In this document: positions 52,727 to 62,469 of the stretch, in pieces | Position numbering within the stretch: position 1 is the stretch's first letter | How the letters are laid out: each line of letters starts with the position of its first letter | Source of the DNA: Vicinamibacteria bacterium | GTDB lineage: Bacteria; Acidobacteriota; Vicinamibacteria; Fen-336; JAGNNV01 | Assembly: GCA_031362685.1 (NCBI GenBank) | Contig: JANLSZ010000129.1 | Coordinates: 44,191-108,190, forward strand | Length of the DNA: 64,000 nucleotides | Direction: 5' to 3' | Made by a program: the position numbers and the translations under genes | The notes under the pieces: generated by a model | Databases searched by the model: none | What the model saw: the letters and a program-made list of their open reading frames with translations, nothing else | Told to the model about the DNA's origin: nothing

Positions 52727-54508
52727 GTGAGAAATCCGTTCCGAGGGCGAAGAGCGATGTTGGCCGGTGGCCTGGCCGTGGCTGCTGTCTCTGCGTTCTC
52801 GGGCGTGGCGCCGGCGTCCCCTCCGGCCGACCTGCTTCTGCTGAACGGGCGCGTGTACACCTTCTCCTGGGACGAGCCCGGCAACGACGGGACGCCTGCG
52901 AAGAACGCGCCCCGCACCAAGGAGGGGTTCCGGCCCGACGCCGAAGCGGTCGCGATCCGCGACGGGAAGATCGTCTTCCTGGGAACCACGCGCGATGCCG
53001 AGGCTCACCGCGGCGCGGCTACAAGGGTCCTCGACCTGCACGGCGGCACCGTGCTTCCGGGTCTCGTCGACTCTCACACCCACGTCGCCGAGCTGGGGGA
53101 GGCGGCAAGCCGGGTGGACCTGGTGGACGTCAAGACCGAAGAGGAAGCGGTGGCGCGGGTCGTGGCGCGTGCGCGCAGCGTGCCGAAAGGACAGTGGATC
53201 ATAGGAGGCGGCTGGGACGAAGGTGCCTGGGCCAACCGCTATCCCGACCTCCGTCTGTTGAGCGAGAAGGTCCCCGATCACCCCGTCTATCTGGGGAGCC
53301 TTCATGGCTTCGCGGGTTGGGTCAACCGCCTGGCTCTGGAGCGAGCCTCCATCACTGCCCAAACAAAGGCCCCCGAAGGAGGCGAGATCCGGAAAGACGC
53401 GAGCGGCAACCCCACGGGTCTTTTCCTCAACCGCGCGGTGCCCCTGATCTCTTCGGCGCTTCCTGCGCCCACCGAAGAGCAGTTCAAGTCCTACGTCCTG
53501 GCCGGGCTGAAGATCATGGCCAGGGACGGCTACGTCGCGATCCACGAAGCAGGTGCGGGAGCCATGCACATGCGGGCGTTCGAAACGCTGGAAGCCGAGA
53601 AGCAACTTCCGGTGCGCGTGTACGCGATGCTCTCGGCCCGCGAAGAGGAGTTGTGCCGGAAGTGGCTGGCCCGCGGCCCCGACAAGACTAACGACCGAAT
53701 GCTGGTCACCCGGGCGGTGAAGGCCTACTACGACGGGGCGCTCGGTTCGAGGGGCGCGCGGATGCTCGAGGACTATTCGGACCGGCCCGGCCATCGTGGG
53801 GTGAGCGGTGGTCAGTACGGTTTCGACCAGAAACTCGTGGCCGAGATGATGAAGGCCGGCTTCCAGGTGGGCATCCATGCCATCGGCGATGCCGGCAACC
53901 GTGAGACCCTGGACTTCATAGAATCGGTGCTGGCCCAAAAACCCGAAGGGCGAGCGCTCCGCCATCGTATCGAGCACGCCCAGGTGGTGCATCAGGGCGA
54001 CATTCCCCGCTTTGCGCGTCTGGGCGTCATCGCCTCGATGGAGCCTCCCCACGCCGTCGAGGACAAGACCTGGGCCGAGGATCGGCTGGGTCCGGAGCGG
54101 ATCAAGGGAGCCTACGCGTGGCGGACACTGCGCCAGGCCGGGGCGCACCTCGCCTTCAACTCCGACCTGTCCGGCTCGGATCACAACATCTTCTACGGGC
54201 TGCACGCGGCGATCACGCGGCGGGACAAGAAGCAGGAGCCCGCTCTCGGCTGGCACAAGGAGCAGTGCCTCACGCCGGAAGAAGCGGTACGCGGGTACAC
54301 GACCTGGAACGCCTACGCGGCTTCCTGGGAGAAGGAGTCGGGCATCCTCGCTCCCGGCCGCTGGGCGGACGTAACCGTGATGGACATCGACCCACTGGTG
54401 GTTGGAGCGACCGATCCGGGGAAGCTGCTGCAAGGCCGAATCGTTGCGACCATAGTAGCGGGCAAGCTGGTCTACGAAGCGCCGCAGGCCAAGGCGGGCA
54501 CAAGATGA
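52727..54508 (+). CDS. Exported amidohydrolase (Amidohydro_3 / YtcJ-like), second paralogue
   Basis: GTG start preceded by AAGGAGG. Signal LAGGLAVAAVSAFSGVAPA. Motifs LVDSHTHVAELG, VGIHAIGDAGN, FNSDLSGSD. Confidence 0.8.
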   Translation: MRNPFRGRRAMLAGGLAVAAVSAFSGVAPASPPADLLLLNGRVYTFSWDEPGNDGTPAKNAPRTKEGFRPDAEAVAIRDGKIVFLGTTRDAEAHRGAATRVLDLHGGTVLPGLVDSHTHVAELGEAASRVDLVDVKTEEEAVARVVARARSVPKGQWIIGGGWDEGAWANRYPDLRLLSEKVPDHPVYLGSLHGFAGWVNRLALERASITAQTKAPEGGEIRKDASGNPTGLFLNRAVPLISSALPAPTEEQFKSYVLAGLKIMARDGYVAIHEAGAGAMHMRAFETLEAEKQLPVRVYAMLSAREEELCRKWLARGPDKTNDRMLVTRAVKAYYDGALGSRGARMLEDYSDRPGHRGVSGGQYGFDQKLVAEMMKAGFQVGIHAIGDAGNRETLDFIESVLAQKPEGRALRHRIEHAQVVHQGDIPRFARLGVIASMEPPHAVEDKTWAEDRLGPERIKGAYAWRTLRQAGAHLAFNSDLSGSDHNIFYGLHAAITRRDKKQEPALGWHKEQCLTPEEAVRGYTTWNAYAASWEKESGILAPGRWADVTVMDIDPLVVGATDPGKLLQGRIVATIVAGKLVYEAPQAKAGTR

Positions 54509-54573
54509 ATCGAACAACTCTGATGAACGGCGCCCTCGACTCGGGTGTGCCCGTGGCCAAGGGGGCCTGATCC

Positions 54574-55800
54574 ATGCAAGATCTCGACCGACGCACCTTT
54601 CTCGAGGCCGCCGGCCTGCAGGCCGGGGCGCTCGCCCTCTCTTCGAAAGCACTCGCGCAAACGAGCCCGGAAGTGGTGGTCATCGGGGCGGGCGCTTTCG
54701 GGGGGTGGACGGCTCTCGCCCTGCGCGAGCGCGGCGCTTCGGTAACCCTGGTCGATGCCTACGGGCCCGGGAACTCGAGGAGCAGTTCGGGGGGAGAGAC
54801 GCGTCAGATTCGCGCCGGCTACGCGGACCGCGAGTTGTACACGCGTTGGGTGCTGGAGGCCTTCGGCCGCTGGCGGGCCCGGGAGCAGGAGTGGGGCAAG
54901 CGGCTTCTCTTCGAGACCGGTCGCATTCTGTTAGCACCCGAATGGAACGAGGGCCTGAACGTAACCAAGGCGGTGCTCGACAAGTTCAAGGTCCCGAACG
55001 AGAGGCTCTCTGCGGAAGAGGTGAGAAGGCGCTACCCGCAGATGAACACCGAGGGAGTCGGGGTGGCGCTCTTCGAGCCCACCACCGGCGTTCTCAAGGC
55101 GCGCGAAGGCTGTATGGCCGTTTCCGATGCGTTCCAGAAGAAGGGGGGCCGGTTCCGCATCGCCCGTGCTCAGCTCGGCCGTCAGTCCGGTTCGCGCCTG
55201 CTCGACGTGGCCCTCTCCGGCGGCTCTTCGCTCGCCGCGGCGACCTATGTCTTCGCGTGCGGGCCCTGGCTGCGCAAGCTGTTCCCCGATCTCATGCAGA
55301 AAAAGCTGTTCACGCCTCGGCGCGACGTCTTCTTCTTCGGCACCCCCGCAGGTGACGATCGCTTCGCCTACCCGAATTTCCCGACCTACTCCGAGGAGGG
55401 CGCCAATTCCGGCTACTACGGCTTCCCCAGCATCGACCATCGCGGCTTCAAGGTCTGCCCGGTGGGTGAGCTGACCGCCTTCGATCCCGACACCGACGAG
55501 CGGATCGCCTCGACCTTCGAACTCAAGCGCGCACGCGACTACCTGGCCCTTCGCTTCCCCGCACTTTCGAACCAACCGCTGGTGGAGAGCCGGGTCTGTC
55601 AACTCGAGATGAGTGTCGACGAACACTTCATCATCGACCGGCACCCGGCGCTCGAGAACGTCTGGCTGGTGGGCGGCGGTTCCGGCCACGGCTATAAGCA
55701 CGGGCCGGTGGTCGGGGAGTACGTCGCGGACCGCGTGCTCGGCCAGGACCACAACAAGGAACTGGAGTCGGTCTTCCGGCTCAAGGCCCAGACGTTTTAG
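54574..55800 (+). CDS. FAD-dependent oxidoreductase (DAO family; sarcosine/glycine oxidase-like), Tat signal
   Basis: 408 aa. Twin-arginine DRRTFLEAAGLQAGALALSSKALA, then the dinucleotide motif VVVIGAGAFGGWTAL. Confidence 0.8.
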   Translation: MQDLDRRTFLEAAGLQAGALALSSKALAQTSPEVVVIGAGAFGGWTALALRERGASVTLVDAYGPGNSRSSSGGETRQIRAGYADRELYTRWVLEAFGRWRAREQEWGKRLLFETGRILLAPEWNEGLNVTKAVLDKFKVPNERLSAEEVRRRYPQMNTEGVGVALFEPTTGVLKAREGCMAVSDAFQKKGGRFRIARAQLGRQSGSRLLDVALSGGSSLAAATYVFACGPWLRKLFPDLMQKKLFTPRRDVFFFGTPAGDDRFAYPNFPTYSEEGANSGYYGFPSIDHRGFKVCPVGELTAFDPDTDERIASTFELKRARDYLALRFPALSNQPLVESRVCQLEMSVDEHFIIDRHPALENVWLVGGGSGHGYKHGPVVGEYVADRVLGQDHNKELESVFRLKAQTF

Positions 55801-55807
55801 GGGCGGT

Positions 55808-56887
55808 CTATCGCACTTTCCCGTCGATCAGATCGTAGGCACGATACAGACCGTGGTCGAGGACGCCCACGGTGGTCAGGGTCGGATAGTCCGCTGCGTG
55901 CGACCGCATGTCGACCAGCTTGGCCGCCTCCTCGGGCTTCACCCCCGCCGCGTGGAGCTTCTGGGCCTGGCTCCAGAAGTCGCGGAGGTACGACTGAAAG
56001 TGGTCGATCTTCGCCTTGCCCTGAAACGCCGCGCCGTGGCCGGGCAGGACGGTGTCGAATTCGATGAGCTTCAATCGATCGAGGGTGGCGATCCACTCGG
56101 TGGGATAGCCATCGCCTATGTAGGCGGGTCCCGCGGTCAGCAGGTCCCCGCTCACGAGCACGCGTTCTTTCGGCAGAAAGACGACGACGTCGCCGCCGGT
56201 GTGGCCGCGGCCAAGAAACAGCAGGCGAATCTCGCGGCCGCCGAGGAACAGCGTCATCGATTCCGAGAAGCTCACGGTCGGCGGGGTCACCACGATGGCG
56301 TTGGTAGCCTTCAGGTAATTCTCCTGAGCCCTGAGCTGCGCCTTCAGTTTGTCGCGGTCCGGGCCATCGGCCGTGGTGGCCACCTGTTGCCGCAGGGTCT
56401 CGATCTGCTTGGGCAGCGTAGCCACGAACATGTCCCACGATCGCCCTCGCTTCGACTCACCCGCCAATAGCATCTGCCGCGTGAACTCGTGGCCGATCAC
56501 CTGCGCCCCGGTTGCGTAGACCTGGTTGCCGTGGGCGTGATCCCAGTGCCAGTGGGTGTTCACCACATAGCGCACGGGCTTGGTCGTGATGGCCTTCAGT
56601 TCTTCGGTGAGGGCGAAGGCCGCCGCGGGATTGCTGTTCGAGTCCACGATCAGGACGTCGGTCTCGTTCACGATGATCGAGGCGTTACATCCGACCGACA
56701 TCGCGCCGGTGCCAACCGCGTGATAGACGCCATCCTGGATCCTGTTGATGGTGAAGGCGGGACCGCTGAAGTCGGATCCCGGGGGCTTGGTCCCCTGGGC
56801 TTCGCCGGGCAGCGCAAACGGGGTGGAGAAGCCCGCGAGGACGAGGGCGGAAAGAAAATAGAAGCGATTGGACATGGCCCCTATCAT
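55808..56887 (-). CDS. MBL-fold metallo-hydrolase, exported
   Basis: 359 aa with signal FYFLSALVLAGFSTPFALPGEA. Metal motif HTHWHWDHAHGN. Confidence 0.8.
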   Translation of the reverse strand: MIGAMSNRFYFLSALVLAGFSTPFALPGEAQGTKPPGSDFSGPAFTINRIQDGVYHAVGTGAMSVGCNASIIVNETDVLIVDSNSNPAAAFALTEELKAITTKPVRYVVNTHWHWDHAHGNQVYATGAQVIGHEFTRQMLLAGESKRGRSWDMFVATLPKQIETLRQQVATTADGPDRDKLKAQLRAQENYLKATNAIVVTPPTVSFSESMTLFLGGREIRLLFLGRGHTGGDVVVFLPKERVLVSGDLLTAGPAYIGDGYPTEWIATLDRLKLIEFDTVLPGHGAAFQGKAKIDHFQSYLRDFWSQAQKLHAAGVKPEEAAKLVDMRSHAADYPTLTTVGVLDHGLYRAYDLIDGKVR

Positions 56888-57118
56888 AAGGAGATCCGGC
56901 CCTCTTCACCCGGCAACTCGGAAAACGGATGAGGGTTGCGCCGAGTGTTCCAGGGGATGCGCCCCAACGCTCAGGACATCGACAAGCGACGCGGGCTATC
57001 ATGGCGCCCCAACCGCACCAAGGGGCGCGCCGGAGTTCGCGATCAAGCGCAGAGGTGAGACACCTTCGCCGATGGTCCCGTCCCAAGTGCCCGAGCTCCC
57101 GCTATCAGCCCAATAGAC

Positions 57119-59560
57119 ATGATCGGCCGCACGGTCGCACACTATCGGATAACCGCGGCGATCGGCGCCGGCGGAATGGGCGCGGTCTACCGCGCCACCG
57201 ACACGAAGCTCGGACGGGAGGTGGCCCTCAAGGTGCTGCTCCCGGCCATGGCCTCGCGCCCGGGGTGGTTGGAGCGCTTCCGGCGCGAGGCCAGGGCCCT
57301 CGCTGCCCTCGACCATCCCGGCATTGTGGGCGTCTATTCCGTCGAGGAGGCCGACGGGATCAACTTCCTGACCATGCAGCTGGTGGAGGGCCAGACCCTC
57401 AGCCGCGTCATCCCGGCGGGCGGCTTTCCTCTCGAGAGGCTTCTCCAGATCGCCATGGCACTCGCGGACGCCCTCGCCGCCGCCCACGAGAAGGGCATTG
57501 TCCACCGCGACCTCAAGCCCGCCAACGTCATCATCGGCGAGAACGGAAGGGCGAAGATCCTCGACTTCGGCCTGGCCAAGTTCAGCCAGACCCAGGCGCC
57601 GGACCACCTCGACTCCGAGGTCTCCACCCAGGCCCGCACCCGCGAAGGCGTGGTGATGGGCACCGAACCCTACATGTCTCCGGAGCAGATTTCGGCGAAG
57701 CCCCTGGACCACCGAACCGACCTCTTCTCGCTCGGGGTCATGCTCTACGAGATGGCCAGTGGCCGCCGGCCCTTCGTGGGCAAGTCATCGGCCGAACTCG
57801 TCTCTTCGATCCTGCGGGACACCCCCGCGAGCCTCATTGAAATCAAGGGGGATTTGCCCGAGGAGCTGGCTCGAATCATCCAGCAATGCCTCGAGAAAGA
57901 CCCGGAACGCCGCTTCCGCAACGCCCGTGACCTGCACGATGCGCTCGCCTCCGTTGGCGAGGAGATCACAGCGGAGAGACGGTCGTCCGCGGCTCTACGC
58001 GCGGCGAGTGGCCCGTCCGGAGCGGCCCCGACGACCGGACCGGCGATCCCCGCGTTGGTCGCCGCGCGGGCGCACTGGAAGAAAGCGGCGGTGGCCGCTG
58101 CCCTCGTCATCGTGGCCGCTGTGGCGGTCGTGCGTTTTAGGGAAGGCGATTCCCGGACCGTCGACTCCATCGCCATCCTGCCCTTCGCCAACGGCGACGC
58201 CAACCCCGACACCGAGTATCTCGCGGACGGGATCAGCGAAGGCATCAGCAACCACCTGTCCCAGATCCTCTCGCTCCGGGTGATGGCGCAGAACAGCGTC
58301 CGCCGGTACAAGGGACGGTCGGTCGAAGCCCGCACGGTTGGAAACGAACTGGGCGTACGCGCGGTGCTGACGGGGACAATCACCTCACGCGGCGAGATGG
58401 TCCGCATCCAGGTCGAACTGGTCGACGTCCGCACTGGCGCCCAGCTCTGGGGGCAACAACTGACCCGTCGCCAGGCCGAGGTGCTGGAGCTTCAGGACGA
58501 TATCGCGAACCAGATCTCCGGCCGGCTGAAGCTTCAGCTTTCCGGGGAGGAACGCAAGCAGATCGCGCGACGCGACACCACGGACCAGGGTGCGTACCAG
58601 CGCTACCTCAAGGGCCGTTTCTACTGGAACGAGCGCACCAACGAAGGCTACCGGAAAGCCATCGGGTTTTTCCGCGAGGCCATTGAGCTCGACCCGACCT
58701 ACGCTCGCGCCTACGTTGGGCTGGCCGACTCCATTGCCTTCCTGGAGGGCGGAGGGCTCGAGGGGCGGAACTTCGAGACGGCGACGGGCATAGTCAAAAA
58801 GGCGCTCGAGATCGACAACACCCTGGGAGAGGCGCACGCGTCGATGGGAATGCTGATTCAGGATCGCGACTGGGACCTGGCCGGCGCCGAGCGCGAGTTC
58901 CGAAAGGCCCTCGACCTGGCCCCGAACTACGCCACCGCGCATCATTGGTACGGTGAGCTGCTGGTGCAGACCGGACGGTCAGGTGAGGCATTGGACCACT
59001 ACCGGCAGGCCCTGGAGGTCGACCCTCTTTCCTCGGCCATCCGCTCGGACCTCGCCCTCACGTGGTTCTACGCCCGCGACTACGAGCGCGCCATCGCCGA
59101 GCTCAAGAAGACGGTCGAGGCGGATCCGAAGTTTGGGCACGCCTACCACCACCTCGCCCGGGTCTACGCGCAGGTGGGTCGGTATCGGGAAGCGGCAGAG
59201 GAGCATCGGAAGGGGTGGCTCTTCGCGGGAGACGACCCTACCCTGGTCGAGCAGAGGAGCCGGGGCCTGAGGCAAGCCTTCGAGCGTTCCGGAGCACGCG
59301 GTTTCTGGCGGAAACGGCTGGACCTCAAGCTGCAGGAGACCGTACGCGAAACCAAGTGGGCGCACGAGGTGGCACTGCTCTACGCTCGTCTGGATGAGAA
59401 AGATGAGGCGTTCGGCTGGCTGGAGAAGGCCTATGCGGGCCGGGCGTACGATTTGCTGTTTCTCAACGTTGCTCCCGAGGTAGACAGCCTTCGGGACGAT
59501 CTCCGCTTCCGCGACCTGCTGCGCCGGATCCGCTCACCCCGGCCTGGCCAGCCGATGTAA
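57119..59560 (+). CDS. Ser/Thr protein kinase with a TM segment, a periplasmic TolB-N-like domain and TPR repeats
   Basis: 813 aa. Hanks motifs [58 protein letters not shown], then [11 protein letters not shown]... and a C-terminal TPR-like region. Confidence 0.85.
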   Translation: MIGRTVAHYRITAAIGAGGMGAVYRATDTKLGREVALKVLLPAMASRPGWLERFRREARALAALDHPGIVGVYSVEEADGINFLTMQLVEGQTLSRVIPAGGFPLERLLQIAMALADALAAAHEKGIVHRDLKPANVIIGENGRAKILDFGLAKFSQTQAPDHLDSEVSTQARTREGVVMGTEPYMSPEQISAKPLDHRTDLFSLGVMLYEMASGRRPFVGKSSAELVSSILRDTPASLIEIKGDLPEELARIIQQCLEKDPERRFRNARDLHDALASVGEEITAERRSSAALRAASGPSGAAPTTGPAIPALVAARAHWKKAAVAAALVIVAAVAVVRFREGDSRTVDSIAILPFANGDANPDTEYLADGISEGISNHLSQILSLRVMAQNSVRRYKGRSVEARTVGNELGVRAVLTGTITSRGEMVRIQVELVDVRTGAQLWGQQLTRRQAEVLELQDDIANQISGRLKLQLSGEERKQIARRDTTDQGAYQRYLKGRFYWNERTNEGYRKAIGFFREAIELDPTYARAYVGLADSIAFLEGGGLEGRNFETATGIVKKALEIDNTLGEAHASMGMLIQDRDWDLAGAEREFRKALDLAPNYATAHHWYGELLVQTGRSGEALDHYRQALEVDPLSSAIRSDLALTWFYARDYERAIAELKKTVEADPKFGHAYHHLARVYAQVGRYREAAEEHRKGWLFAGDDPTLVEQRSRGLRQAFERSGARGFWRKRLDLKLQETVRETKWAHEVALLYARLDEKDEAFGWLEKAYAGRAYDLLFLNVAPEVDSLRDDLRFRDLLRRIRSPRPGQPM

Positions 59561-59564
59561 ACCC

Positions 59565-61046
59565 TTATTTCGCCTTCTGGCTGACCAGCCACTGCCGAAT
59601 CTCGGCGAGTTGCGCCTTGACCGCATCGGGGTTGGTCGACTGCGGCGTCTTCTTGGCGCGCACGGAGGCCTGCGCCGTGACCGCTTTCATCACGTCATCT
59701 CCAAACGCCGGGTGATAGGCCTTCCACTCCGCGGGGGTGAGGGCTTCGAACTCCTTGCCGTCGGCCAGCATCTTGCGGACCATGCCGCCCACCACCTCGT
59801 GAGCGGTGCGGAAGGCCACGCCCTTGCCCACCAGGTAGTCGGCCACGTCGGTGGAAAGAAGAAACCCGGACGCGCCCCTGGTGGTACGCGTGCGATCGAG
59901 GGTGAGTGTTCTCACCACCGCGGAGGCAGCACCCGCCGAGCCCATGAGCGTGTCTTCGCTGTCGAACAGCACCTCCTTGTCTTCCTGCAGGTCCTTGTTG
60001 TACCCGCTCGGCAAGCCCTTCATCGTGGAGAGCCAGCCCGCCAGGTTGCCGATGGCGCGCCCCGTCTTGCCGCGCACCAGCTCCATCGGGTCGGGGTTCT
60101 TCTTCTGCGGCATCAGGCTGCTGCCCGTGGCCACCGCATCGGAGAGTACGAAGAAGCCGAATTCTTCGCCGGTGAAGAACACCACGTCTTCGGCCAGGCG
60201 GCTCAAGTGAACCATGGCCAGCGACGAAGCATGGAGGAAGCTGCTCACGTAGTCGCGGTCGGAGGTGGCGTCGATACTGTTGGCCACCACCTTCGAGAAG
60301 CCGAGCCTGGTGGCCAGGAACGCGGTATCCACCGCATAGTTGGTGCCAGCAATGGCGCCCGAGCCCAGGGGCATGGCGTCGGCCTCGGCGCTTACTGCGG
60401 CGAAGCGGTCGACGTCACGGCGCAGGGCGGCTCCATGGGCCAGCAGATAGTGCGCCACCAGCACGGGCTGCGCCCGTCGCACGTGGGTGTAGGAGGGCAT
60501 CACGGCGTCGCCGGCCGAGACGGCCTGGGCCACGAGGGCGTCGATCACGGCGATCAGCGACGCTTGGATATCGGGAATGCGCCGGCGCACGTAGAGCCGC
60601 ATGTCGACGCCCACCTGGTCGTTGCGCGAGCGGCCGGTGTGAAGCCGGCGGCCCGGCTCGCCGACCCGCTCGATCAGAACGCGCTCGACAAACGAATGGA
60701 CGTCTTCGTCGGCGCCTTTGAGAAACGACGGATCGGCGCGGCCCTGTTCGAGGATGGCAGTGAGCCCGCGTTGAATGGCCAGCGCTTCGGGAGGGGTCAA
60801 CACGTTGGCTCTGGCGAGTGCCTCGGCCCAGGCCATGCTGCCCGCGACGTCGTCTTCGAAGAGCCGCCGGTCGAACCCGAACGACGCGCCCCAGGCGAGT
60901 AGCGCTTTGTTGGGCTCCACGTCGAAGCGCCCCGACCAGAGAGGTTTGGCCGTCTCCTGCGCGGCGGCCGGGAGTGGGGCGAGCGCGGCCCACCCGAGTG
61001 CGAGTGTAGCGAGGAGCAGGTAACGTCGAACCGGGGCGGTTTTCAT
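59565..61046 (-). CDS. argH: Argininosuccinate lyase with a signal-peptide-like N-terminal extension
   Basis: 493 aa. LWSGRF, TGRSRNDQV and the fumarate-lyase signature GSSLMPQKKNPD. The first ~30 residues MKTAPVRRYLLLATLALGWAALAPLPAAAQ precede the normal ArgH N-terminus. Confidence 0.85.
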   Translation of the reverse strand: MKTAPVRRYLLLATLALGWAALAPLPAAAQETAKPLWSGRFDVEPNKALLAWGASFGFDRRLFEDDVAGSMAWAEALARANVLTPPEALAIQRGLTAILEQGRADPSFLKGADEDVHSFVERVLIERVGEPGRRLHTGRSRNDQVGVDMRLYVRRRIPDIQASLIAVIDALVAQAVSAGDAVMPSYTHVRRAQPVLVAHYLLAHGAALRRDVDRFAAVSAEADAMPLGSGAIAGTNYAVDTAFLATRLGFSKVVANSIDATSDRDYVSSFLHASSLAMVHLSRLAEDVVFFTGEEFGFFVLSDAVATGSSLMPQKKNPDPMELVRGKTGRAIGNLAGWLSTMKGLPSGYNKDLQEDKEVLFDSEDTLMGSAGAASAVVRTLTLDRTRTTRGASGFLLSTDVADYLVGKGVAFRTAHEVVGGMVRKMLADGKEFEALTPAEWKAYHPAFGDDVMKAVTAQASVRAKKTPQSTNPDAVKAQLAEIRQWLVSQKAK

Positions 61047-61133
61047 GCGGGTTCCTTTGCGGGCAATCGGGGCGGGTGAGCCGCGGATCTTACCCGTCCG
61101 GGCGGGCGGGTTCGCGGGAAAGCTGCGAGCGGA

Positions 61134-62381
61134 TCACATCACCTCATCCAAGCCTGCGATCAATCGATCGATTTCCTCGACGGTGTTGTAATGCACCATC
61201 GACACCCGCACCGCACCGTGGTGGCGGGACAGATCGAGGTGCTCGACCAGCCGCCTCGAGTGGAAATCACCGAAGCGGATGCCGATCTGCAGGGTGTCGA
61301 TGTGGCGGACGATCGTCTCCGAGTCGAGACCGTCGACCACGAAGCTGATGGTCGGCACGCGAACCGCCTGGTCCGCGGTGGCGGCTCCGATCACGCGAAC
61401 CCTGGGCTTGGTGGAGAGATAGCTCAAGAGCCGATCCGCCAGGACTTCCTCGTGGTCAGCGATCGCGCCGAACGCCCGTTCCATCTGCGCGCGCGGCGAG
61501 ACGCCGGCTGAAGCCCCCGCTCTCGCTCCCAGTTCGGCCAGATAGTCCGCGATGCCGATCGCCCCGTACGACAGTTCGTAGTTGGGATTGCCGGGCTGCA
61601 GCTTGTAGGGAATGCGATCGTTCGCGATGAAGTAGTGGTACAGATTCTCGAGTTCGAGAAGGTGCGCATACTTGCCGTACAGCAGCGCGTGATGCGGACC
61701 GTAGACCTTGTAGAGGCTGAGCACGTAGTAGTCGACATCCCAGGCGCGTACATCTACCGCGCGGTGCGGGGCGTAGGCCACCCCGTCGACGCACACCTTC
61801 GCGCCCCGGTCGTGAACGAACCGCGTGATCTCCGCCACTGGATGGATGGTGCCGAAGATGTTCGACGCATGAGTGAAGGCCACGAGCTTTGTCCGCTTGG
61901 ACATGACCCGGCCGAGGTCGTCGAGGTCGAGGGTCTGGGTTTGGGGGTTGAATTCCCAGAAGCGCGGAATCACCCCGATCGATTCGAGGCGCACCCAGGC
62001 CCCGATGTTCGATTCGTGATCCGCGCGGGTGACCACCACTTCGTCCCCGGGTGTGAACTGGTGGGCCATGGCCCGGGCGAGTAATTGCACGAGCAGGGTC
62101 GAGGTCGGGCCCATCACCACTTCTTCGGGCCGTTCGGCATTGACGAACTCGGCGGTGCGGCGCTGGGCCTCCTGCAGACGCTCGCCCGCGAGCTGTGAAA
62201 TGGCGTAGCTCGCGCCGAGCTGAACGTTGCTCGTCTTGAGGTAGTCACTGATGCGATCGACCACGCGTCCGAGGATCTGCGACCCGCCGGCGTTGTCGAG
62301 GAACACCCAGTCGCCGGAGAGGGCGGGAAACTGGGAGCGAACGAAGGCGAGATCGAGGGGCGGGGTCGGGAGTGCGCTCAT
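61134..62381 (-). CDS. Aminotransferase class V-fold PLP enzyme (cysteine desulfurase/selenocysteine lyase-like)
   Basis: 415 aa. VAFTHASNIFGT, and LSLYKVYGP containing the putative PLP lysine. Confidence 0.8.
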   Translation of the reverse strand: MSALPTPPLDLAFVRSQFPALSGDWVFLDNAGGSQILGRVVDRISDYLKTSNVQLGASYAISQLAGERLQEAQRRTAEFVNAERPEEVVMGPTSTLLVQLLARAMAHQFTPGDEVVVTRADHESNIGAWVRLESIGVIPRFWEFNPQTQTLDLDDLGRVMSKRTKLVAFTHASNIFGTIHPVAEITRFVHDRGAKVCVDGVAYAPHRAVDVRAWDVDYYVLSLYKVYGPHHALLYGKYAHLLELENLYHYFIANDRIPYKLQPGNPNYELSYGAIGIADYLAELGARAGASAGVSPRAQMERAFGAIADHEEVLADRLLSYLSTKPRVRVIGAATADQAVRVPTISFVVDGLDSETIVRHIDTLQIGIRFGDFHSRRLVEHLDLSRHHGAVRVSMVHYNTVEEIDRLIAGLDEVM

Positions 62382-62469
62382 GGAAGAACAGACTATCAGT
62401 CCGGCCGTGGAACCAGTGTTAGCGTAGGGAGCAACAACCGTCCGTCGCGCGGTTCAGGAGAGGGCATCA

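Noticed and set aside
52595-54652. 685-aa minus-strand ORF opposite the second amidohydrolase (a similar case is 27491..29848 opposite fbp)
   Set aside because: No family motifs, a composition typical of antisense frames, and the sense-strand genes are well supported.
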